Positions 57,356-64,000 of a stretch of 64,000 bases of DNA are shown here, piece by piece. This DNA is from Candidatus Spongiisociaceae bacterium (GTDB lineage Bacteria; Actinomycetota; Acidimicrobiia; Spongiisociales; Spongiisociaceae). A program made the translations under genes and the position numbers. The DNA is taken from assembly GCA_965262915.1 (NCBI GenBank), contig OZ253564.1, positions 4,512,001-4,576,000 of the forward strand. The letters run 5' to 3'. The notes under the pieces are model-generated. The model worked only from the letters and a program-made list of their open reading frames with translations, had not been told where the DNA came from and made no database searches. Position 1 is the first letter of the stretch. Every line of letters begins with the position of its first letter.

Positions 57356-59060
57356 GGCGCCACCCGTTGGTGATGGGGAGACGACGATCCCGCCCGAAGG
57401 CCTTGGCGGTGATCTTGACTCCCGGCGGGGCCTGGCGACGCTTGTACTCGTTGCGATCTACCATGGCCGCCACCCTCGTCACCAGCCCCCGGTCGTATCC
57501 GGAGGCGACGATGTCGTCGACCGAACGGTCCTCTTCGATGTAAGCCGACAGCACCGGATCGAGGAGTTCGTAGGGCGGGAGACTGTCGGTATCGAGCTGT
57601 CCCGGCCTCAACTCGGCCGATGGTGGTTTGCGAAGGATCTCTTGAGGTATCACGGCTCCCCGGCGATTGCGCCACCTGGCCAACTCGTACACTCTGGTCT
57701 TGAACACGTCTTTCAGCACGGCATACCCGCCGGCCATGTCCCCGTACAAGGTAGCGTACCCGACGGCCATCTCCGACTTGTTGCCGGTAGCCATCACCAT
57801 CTCCCCTCCCTTGTTCGAGATGGCCATGAGGAGCGTCCCGCGGATCCGGGGCTGGAGGTTCTCCTCGGCTACGCCGAAGTCCGTCCCCACGAACATGCTG
57901 GCGAGTGCCGCCTCGTATTCCGCGAAGAGGTCGACGATGGCTATCCGGTCGAAGCGGATAGCCAGCCGCCGGGCCAGCTCCTCGGAATCCCGCACCGAGC
58001 CGTCCGAGCTGAACTTGGAGGGCATCGTCACGCCCCGAACCGCCCCGGATCCCAAGGCGTCGGCTGCGATCACGGCCGTGAGGGCGGAGTCGATACCCCC
58101 CGACAACCCCACCACCACCCTTGAGAAGCCGTTCTTGCGTACGTAGTCACCCAAGCCGAGGGTGAGAGCCCGGTAGATCTCCTCGACACGATCCATGGCC
58201 GGGGTCGGCGGCGGGGACAGGTTCGCGGACGGCCTGGCCAAGGGCTCGGTACGAACCACCGCCGGGTCCGTGGCACGTCGGGCCGCCTCACCCGGCTCGA
58301 CATCGACGACGAAGAGGGACTCCTCGAAGGAGGGCGCCCGGTACTGGAGCGACCCGTGGCGATCCACCACCATCGAGCCGCCGTCGAAGACCAGTTCGTC
58401 CTGGCCACCCACCAGGTTGAGGTATACGACCGGCACGCGGGAGGCGGCAGCCTCTCGCTGGATGTGGCGCGCCCGCTGGGCTTCTTTGGAAATCTGGAAC
58501 GGGGAACCGTTGACGTTGAGCAGGACCTGCGCCCCCTCCGCCGCCTGCCGGGAAGCCGGACCGTCGGGTACCCAGATGTCCTCGCAGATCGACACGCCCA
58601 CGGTCACCCCACCGATGTCCCAGACCGACCCGGGACTCGAACCCGCCGCGAAGTAGCGGTCCTCGTCGAACACCCCGTAGTTGGGCAGCAGCACCTTGTG
58701 GTATGTCCCCCTGACACGGCCCCGGTGGAGCAGCGCCACCGCGTTCGCCACATGCCGCGACATCGCGTCCGCCTTTCCAGGGCGGCTTCCGTCCGATCGA
58801 TCCACGAAGCCGACCACCGTCACGGTGTCCCCCGACTCGCCGGCCAGGCGCTTCAGGACCGCCAGATTGGCGTCGACGAACCCTCGGCGCATCACCAGAT
58901 CCTCGGGCGGGTATCCCGGAATGGCCAGTTCGGGGAGGAGCAGGACGTCGGCATCCCGCGATTCCGCCCACCTCATCGCCTCGAGGAGGCGCGCCTCGTT
59001 GTAGTCGAGATCACCGACCCGCAGGTTTATCTGGGCGCCGGCGATCCTCATCGTCCCCAT
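57348..59060 (-). CDS. nadE: Glutamine-dependent NAD+ synthetase
   Basis: Nitrilase domain (PEL, KVLLPNY, ICEDIW) plus GLSGGIDS, TGNKSE, PPSAEL, NEYKRRQ. Confidence 0.95.
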   Translation of the reverse strand: MGTMRIAGAQINLRVGDLDYNEARLLEAMRWAESRDADVLLLPELAIPGYPPEDLVMRRGFVDANLAVLKRLAGESGDTVTVVGFVDRSDGSRPGKADAMSRHVANAVALLHRGRVRGTYHKVLLPNYGVFDEDRYFAAGSSPGSVWDIGGVTVGVSICEDIWVPDGPASRQAAEGAQVLLNVNGSPFQISKEAQRARHIQREAAASRVPVVYLNLVGGQDELVFDGGSMVVDRHGSLQYRAPSFEESLFVVDVEPGEAARRATDPAVVRTEPLARPSANLSPPPTPAMDRVEEIYRALTLGLGDYVRKNGFSRVVVGLSGGIDSALTAVIAADALGSGAVRGVTMPSKFSSDGSVRDSEELARRLAIRFDRIAIVDLFAEYEAALASMFVGTDFGVAEENLQPRIRGTLLMAISNKGGEMVMATGNKSEMAVGYATLYGDMAGGYAVLKDVFKTRVYELARWRNRRGAVIPQEILRKPPSAELRPGQLDTDSLPPYELLDPVLSAYIEEDRSVDDIVASGYDRGLVTRVAAMVDRNEYKRRQAPPGVKITAKAFGRDRRLPITNGWRRG

Positions 59061-59073
59061 CCGGAGAAGTCTA

Positions 59074-59173
59074 GGAGGGTGCTGAGAATCCCCGGGCCGC
59101 CCGACCGTCGATGACGAGAGGCCACGTCAGCGGACACTGCGCAAACCATTTACCCGTTCTCGAGCACTCTTCC
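59074..59173. mobile_element. MITE-like element family A, copy 6 (reverse orientation)
   Basis: ggagggtgctgagaat...cgatgacgagaggccacgtcagcggac...cgagcactcttcc, preceded by CTA. Confidence 0.72.
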
Positions 59174-59239
59174 GGAAAGGCCCGGCGACATCGTCGGGGT
59201 CCGGAATGTTCCCCGGTCGTCGTGGGGAAAGCGGGACAA

Positions 59240-60256
59240 TTACTCGAGTGTGAAGCCCTCGGCTCTCAACGACTCGCGAAGCGCTTCCGCCTCACCAGGC
59301 CGTACCGAGAGGGTGAGCACACCGCCGCCGCCGTGCAGAGCATGACGCAACTGCAGGTCGCGCACGTCGACCGCGCTCTGCTCCAAGGCCCGTCCTACGG
59401 CGGCGATCTCGCCCGGCCGGTCCTGGAGCACCACGCCGACCCGGACCTCCGGGGACGCCATTCCCTGCCGCCGGATCCGGGCCGACTCGATTCGGGTGGC
59501 CAGGGAATCGCGATCGGTGCGTATCTCGTTCCTGGTCTCTTCGAGCTGGTCGATCATCCCGGCTATCGCCTCGCTCACGTTGGTCTCGTTGGCAGCCAGC
59601 AACTCGGGCCACCATCCGGGCTCTGAAGCGGCCACCCGGGTGAGATCCCGGAACGATCCCGCCACCAGCTGCATGGCCCCGGGATCACGAGATGCGAGGT
59701 TCACCAGCGAGACCGCTATCACCTGGGGCAGGTGGGAGATGGCGGCCACGACGCGGTCGTGCTCGGCCGCAGGCATGGTGTAGGGAATGGCGCCGATATC
59801 CTCGACGATCCCCGCGAGTATCTCCACATCGTCCACCGCGGCGCCGTCCGGGCAGATTATCCAGGCGGCTCCCCTGAACATGGCAGGCGTTGCAGCGGAC
59901 GGTCCGGCCTGCTCCCGGCCCGCCATCGGGTGGCCGGCCACCAGCCGCAGGTGGGCAGGCTTCGCTCTGACCACGGGAACCTTCACACCGGCCACATCGG
60001 TAACCAGCGCATCGGTCCGCAGCCCGGCGAGAGTCTCCAAGGTGGCGCTCAACGGACCGGCCAGCACCACCAATCCAGCGCCGGAGACAGCATCTTCACG
60101 AGTCGCGCAGGAGAGGTCGGTAGCTCCCCGCGCGGCCGCGCCTTCCTGGGCCGACCGGTCGGGGTCCCACCCGGCCACCGTCCAGCCTGCTTGCCGAAGA
60201 GCCATCCCGAGAGAGGCGCCGATCAGCCCGGTACCGAGTATGGCGGCGCGACCCAT
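59240..60256 (-). CDS. tyrA: Prephenate dehydrogenase with C-terminal ACT domain
   Basis: GTGLIGAS, TDVAGVK, GHPMAG, HD...SHLP, SFRDLTRVA, DRPGEIA. Confidence 0.9.
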   Translation of the reverse strand: MGRAAILGTGLIGASLGMALRQAGWTVAGWDPDRSAQEGAAARGATDLSCATREDAVSGAGLVVLAGPLSATLETLAGLRTDALVTDVAGVKVPVVRAKPAHLRLVAGHPMAGREQAGPSAATPAMFRGAAWIICPDGAAVDDVEILAGIVEDIGAIPYTMPAAEHDRVVAAISHLPQVIAVSLVNLASRDPGAMQLVAGSFRDLTRVAASEPGWWPELLAANETNVSEAIAGMIDQLEETRNEIRTDRDSLATRIESARIRRQGMASPEVRVGVVLQDRPGEIAAVGRALEQSAVDVRDLQLRHALHGGGGVLTLSVRPGEAEALRESLRAEGFTLE

Positions 60257-60357
60257 GGGCAGTCAGGAACCGGAGCGGCGCGGGCCGGCGACCCGAGACG
60301 CGCCCAGGACCTCCCTACCGGCCGGGAAACCGACTGCCATGCCTGGCGCCTCCCCCT

Positions 60358-61371
60358 CTAGATGGTCAAGTCCAGCGCCGCCGCCAGAGCGCGCATCTGC
60401 TCCATCAACTGGGCGAACTCGGAAGGAAGCAGGGCCTGGTCGCCGTCCACCTGCGCGGTCTCCGGTGCAGGGTGAACATCGATGATGAACCCGTCGGCCC
60501 CCACGGCGATGGCAGCTCGGGCCAGCGGCGCAACCAGGTGCCGGCGGCCCGACGAATGTGACGGGTCGATGATCACCGGGAGATGGGACATTGTCTTGAT
60601 GACCGGCGCCGCCGAGATGTCAAGGGTGTTGCGCGTACTGGTCTCGAACGTGCGGATGCCCCGCTCAACCATGACCACCTCGTGGTTGCCCTCCTTGTAG
60701 ATGTACTCGGCGGCGTTGAGCCATTCGTCGATGGTGGCGGTGAAACCTCTCTTGAGGAGGACGGGCTTGTGGACCTTCCCGACCTCCGAGAGCAAGGCGA
60801 AGTTGGCCATGTTGCGGGTGCCGATCCGTAGCATGTCGGCATAGCCGGTGATCATCTCGACCTCGCGCGGATCCAGGACCTCGGCTACGAAGGGGAGGTC
60901 GAACTCCTCACGCGCCTCGGCCAGCAGCTGTAGGCCCTCCTCGGCCAGGCCCTGAAAGGAGAACGGGCTGGTGCGGGGCTTGAATGCGTCTCCCCGCAGG
61001 ATCGTCGCGCCCGCATCACGCACAGCCTCCGCGGTGCGGAAGAGCTGATCCCGGCTCTCGACCGCGCACGGCCCTGCGATGGGAGCGAACACCCCGCCAC
61101 CGATCTGTGCAGTCCGCACCTTGATAACCGTGTCTTCGGCCTGGAACTCACGGGATACGAACTTGTAGGGCTTGAGCACCGGCACGGCGCGTTCCACACC
61201 TGCCATAGCTCCCCAGGGAAGCTGCTGGATGCGCCCTCGATCACCGATAGCGCCGATCACGGTCCGGAACTGGCCGGTCGAGATGTGGGCCTCCGAACCG
61301 ATGTCGGCCAGCCGATGTACCACCCCGGCGATCTGTTCCTCCGAAGCACCGGGCTTCATGACAATGATCAT
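60358..61371 (-). CDS. aroF: DAHP synthase type I-beta with N-terminal regulatory domain
   Basis: MIIVMK, IAGPCAVES, FKPRTSP, LLKRG, ERGIRTFE, DPSH. Confidence 0.92.
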   Translation of the reverse strand: MIIVMKPGASEEQIAGVVHRLADIGSEAHISTGQFRTVIGAIGDRGRIQQLPWGAMAGVERAVPVLKPYKFVSREFQAEDTVIKVRTAQIGGGVFAPIAGPCAVESRDQLFRTAEAVRDAGATILRGDAFKPRTSPFSFQGLAEEGLQLLAEAREEFDLPFVAEVLDPREVEMITGYADMLRIGTRNMANFALLSEVGKVHKPVLLKRGFTATIDEWLNAAEYIYKEGNHEVVMVERGIRTFETSTRNTLDISAAPVIKTMSHLPVIIDPSHSSGRRHLVAPLARAAIAVGADGFIIDVHPAPETAQVDGDQALLPSEFAQLMEQMRALAAALDLTI

Positions 61372-61439
61372 CAGGAATCCTCCACCACGTATGCCATGAG
61401 GATAGACCCACCCGGCGGGAGCGCACGAACCGGCGGTGG

Positions 61440-61575
61440 CAGGTAGTCGGTAGCCGCTGACCACTGACCGGTAGCCGATCCGATAGTCAGTGGTTACTGG
61501 TAGCTAGAGCTTGTTGGCCTGTATAACAGTGGTTACTCGATATCAAATACCTAGCAACTGACAACTGACAACTAC
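61440..61575. repeat. Short heptamer-like tandem repeats and hairpin upstream of aroF
   Basis: cggtagc/cactgac/cagtggt units; caactga-caactga-caactac; stem accactgac...gtcagtggt. Confidence 0.45.
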
Positions 61576-61581
61576 TCAACC

Positions 61582-61986
61582 TCAGCGTTCCACCAGGCTC
61601 TGCTTGGACTCCGCTTCGTCCACCCATCCGGCCACCCGGTCCAGAGTGGGTAGGCGGCGCGCCAGGTGGCGCCTGCGGTTGATCTGACCGATCATGGCCA
61701 GCAGGGTCTCGGGATTCTGGCTACGCAACTCCTCGACGGTGAACACGCCCGCGGCGTTGAGCAGATCGCAATACCGGGTCCCGATTCCCTTGATCCTCAT
61801 GAGATCGATCTGCAGGGCGATCTCGAGAAGCTGGGACTCGGTGAGCGATACCCTGCGGGCCAGATCGCACCTGCCCTCCGAGGTCCCGGCCCGGCGCAGG
61901 AACGCCTGGGTGGTCCGTATTCCGGATCGGCGGAGTTGTCGCGCCTGCAAGGGCTCGATGCTCTTGATGGCATCGATTCCAGCCAT
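61582..61986 (-). CDS. DUF4332-like helix-hairpin-helix protein
   Basis: DLMRIKGIG, LLNAAGV.TVEEL, RRLPT...V..WV. Confidence 0.75.
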   Translation of the reverse strand: MAGIDAIKSIEPLQARQLRRSGIRTTQAFLRRAGTSEGRCDLARRVSLTESQLLEIALQIDLMRIKGIGTRYCDLLNAAGVFTVEELRSQNPETLLAMIGQINRRRHLARRLPTLDRVAGWVDEAESKQSLVER

Positions 61987-62078
61987 GTGTGAAGGACCCT
62001 CCCGTCGATCCGCCCGCCGGCCCGTCCGTCACGGCAGGCTCCCGCAGCAGGAGACTAGTTGGTCAACACGTCCATGTT

Positions 62079-62696
62079 CTAACTGCCAGGACCATCGAAG
62101 TCGGTTTCTCGGCGCAGCCGATCGAGATCTTCCGGGGTGTCTATGTCGCGGGGAGGTGTATCTCCGACCCGCACCTCCTCCACCCATTCGGGATGGGACA
62201 GGAACAGGTTGCGGGCCCCCTGATCCCCCTCCAGGCCGGCTACCAGCCGGGGCCAGAGGGAGCGATCCACCAGCACCGGATGCCCGCGTACAAACCGGTA
62301 GCGGGGAATGACCACAGGTCGGCGTGACCGGCGCCGAGCTTCCAGGAGCATGGGGATCACCTCACCGGGTACGGTGGGCTGATCGGCCAGCACGATCAAG
62401 GCCTGCTCGGCGGCCCGATCCCCGATCAGGGTGTCGAGACCGGCTCGCAGCGACGAGGCCATTCCTTCTTGCCACTCAAAATTCTCGATCACGGTAACGG
62501 ACGAGAGGTCCACCCGCTTCATGATCCGCTCGACCCTGGCGCCGAGAACCACGTACACCGAGTCCACCTGGGGCCACCCGCCCACCCGTTCGATCACGTA
62601 CTCGAGGAGGGGCTTGCCGGCCCAATCGACCAGTTGCTTGGGCCGACCGAACCGCTTCGACTCCCCGCCGGCCAGGATCAGGGCTGCGGTGCCCAT
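62079..62696 (-). CDS. MocA-like molybdenum cofactor nucleotidyltransferase
   Basis: ILAGGESKRFGRPKQL, GMASSL, LADQP, GHPV, GDQGAR, DIDTPED. Confidence 0.85.
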   Translation of the reverse strand: MGTAALILAGGESKRFGRPKQLVDWAGKPLLEYVIERVGGWPQVDSVYVVLGARVERIMKRVDLSSVTVIENFEWQEGMASSLRAGLDTLIGDRAAEQALIVLADQPTVPGEVIPMLLEARRRSRRPVVIPRYRFVRGHPVLVDRSLWPRLVAGLEGDQGARNLFLSHPEWVEEVRVGDTPPRDIDTPEDLDRLRRETDFDGPGS

Positions 62697-62745
62697 GCCG
62701 GACGCGGTGATTGGCTACCACCCGAACCGGCCCGCACCGCGCCGG

Positions 62746-63531
62746 TCATAGGTCCCCCTCGTCATCGGTGCGCTGGAGGTGGATGCGTCCCGGCCTACCC
62801 ACCAGGGACTCTCCGGAACCGGAGCCGTACCGGACCTGGATCATCTCGGCCAGGATGGAGATCGCCACCTCGCCGGGCGTTTCGGCACCGATGTCGAGCC
62901 CCACCGGCCCGTGGATGCGGTCGATCCGGTCTTCCGCAAAACCGGCTGCTCTGAGGCGCTCGACCCGTCTCCGGTGGGTGCGACGGCTCCCCATCACGCC
63001 GATGTACTTGGCGGGACCGGGCAATACGAGCGGCAGCACCGGATCCTCGAACCGGGCGTCATGGCTCAGCAACACGACGTAGGTGCGTGCATCGATTTCG
63101 AGCCGGTCGGCCACCTCCTCGGGCCAACCTACGATCACGCTCTCGGCCTCCGGGAAACGCTCCTCGGTGGTGAAGAAGGGCCTCGCATCGTTGACGATGA
63201 CGCGGAACCCCAGCCCGTGGGCCATCCTGCACAACTCCTGCGCTATGTGGACGGCGCCGATGATGATCAACTGTGGCTGGGGAGCGACGGTCTCTATGTA
63301 GACCGAGCGGTCCCCGTAGCCGAGGGTGCGGTTCTGCTCGCGGTCCATCAGGCTGGCCGCATCGGAGGCCACGTCAGCGGCGATCTCACCGGGGATAACC
63401 CCGGCGATCAGCCCTTCGACGCGATCCAGCACCCCCTTGGAGCCCGTGTCGGGACCGTCCACGACGGTAACCACCACCCCCAGGCGTTCCGCCTCGACGA
63501 GGTGACGTACTGCTTCCACTGGGCTCACCAT
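62746..63531 (-). CDS. XdhC/CoxF family protein (Rossmann part)
   Basis: [43 protein letters not shown]. Confidence 0.88.
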   Translation of the reverse strand: MVSPVEAVRHLVEAERLGVVVTVVDGPDTGSKGVLDRVEGLIAGVIPGEIAADVASDAASLMDREQNRTLGYGDRSVYIETVAPQPQLIIIGAVHIAQELCRMAHGLGFRVIVNDARPFFTTEERFPEAESVIVGWPEEVADRLEIDARTYVVLLSHDARFEDPVLPLVLPGPAKYIGVMGSRRTHRRRVERLRAAGFAEDRIDRIHGPVGLDIGAETPGEVAISILAEMIQVRYGSGSGESLVGRPGRIHLQRTDDEGDL

Positions 63532-63833
63532 TGTTCTATGAACACCTGGATCGTCCCGCCACACGCCAGCCCGACCTCGAAGGCATCCTCGTCGGCTATC
63601 CCGTAGGTCACAAGGCGCGGCCGGCCGGACTCGAGCACCCCTTGCGCATGCAGGAAAACGTCGTTCTCCACGCAGCCGCCGCTCACCGATCCCTCCATAT
63701 CGCCAGCCGAGGAAACCAGGAACTTGGCCCCCTCCGGCCGCGGCGCCGACCCTTTCACCTTCACGACCGTCGCCACTGCGACTTGCTTCCCTTCCCCGAT
63801 CCAGCGGTCGTACACCGTAAGCGCATCCTTCAT
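63525..63833 (-). CDS. XdhC/CoxI N-terminal domain protein
   Basis: ATVV...[20 protein letters not shown]. Confidence 0.88.
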   Translation of the reverse strand: MKDALTVYDRWIGEGKQVAVATVVKVKGSAPRPEGAKFLVSSAGDMEGSVSGGCVENDVFLHAQGVLESGRPRLVTYGIADEDAFEVGLACGGTIQVFIEQW

Positions 63834-64000
63834 GAAGCCCACGCTCCTCGTCTCGCAGTTGGTTTCGGTGTTGCAGGTATCGACTCTAGGAGCCGAACCA
63901 CCCCGGCGAGGTCCGCCAGCCTGGCCGCCGGCAAGAAGTCGTCGACGTACGGCAGCGCGGCCTTCAAACCACGGGTCTCCGGCGAGTACCCCTTTCGGCC
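63830..64000 (-). CDS. 3' end of a CoxE-like VWA protein (partial)
   Basis: Manual translation: [25 protein letters not shown]...WAS*. ATGA overlap with the next gene. Confidence 0.7.
   Translation of the reverse strand, partial: GRKGYSPETRGLKAALPYVDDFLPAARLADLAGVVRLLESIPATPKPTARRGAWAS

Noticed and set aside
61372-61464. Classical attenuator leader peptide for aroF
   Set aside because: No short ORF with clustered Phe/Tyr/Trp codons and no U-tailed terminator found.
48834-63833. Selenium-dependent molybdenum hydroxylase system (selD plus xdhC/mocA)
   Set aside because: The genes are over 12 kb apart with unrelated genes between, and no yqeB/yqeC was recognised.
1-64000. CRISPR array, tRNA or rRNA genes
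   Set aside because: The repeats found are dispersed, not regularly spaced with spacers. No cas genes, cloverleaf or rRNA-like tract was recognised by eye.

Overview
High-GC bacterial chromosome segment, most consistent with an actinobacterium and probably Acidimicrobiia-like (inferred from protein style, not proven). It holds about 50 protein-coding genes. Core and metabolic genes include thiN, two tandem long-chain acyl-CoA ligases, deoD, amtB plus a PII-like gene, aat, ald, a caa3-type cytochrome c oxidase operon, selD, greA, mgtE, nadE, tyrA, aroF and xdhC/coxE-type Mo-enzyme maturation genes. No rRNA, tRNA or CRISPR array was recognised. The most notable items are: (1) a five-gene partner-switching signalling cassette (STAS, REC-PP2C, RsbW-like kinase, ligand-binding lipoprotein with an ATA start, TorS-like histidine kinase) lying between an internally deleted amt relic and an intact amtB with a degenerate PII; (2) three families of ~100-145 bp MITE-like elements, including one nested insertion and one that frameshifts a lipoprotein signal peptide; (3) an RloA/RloB-like defence pair inside the oxidase operon, with an in-frame TAG in rloB; (4) a selenocysteine-containing SelD with a SECIS-like hairpin that the ORF track misses; (5) a ClpX zinc finger fused to a HutI-like amidohydrolase; (6) a lipoprotein built from three copies of an unrecognised Cys-paired domain; (7) a candidate small structured RNA beside an NYN nuclease gene. 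All assignments come from reading motifs by eye; no database searches were run.
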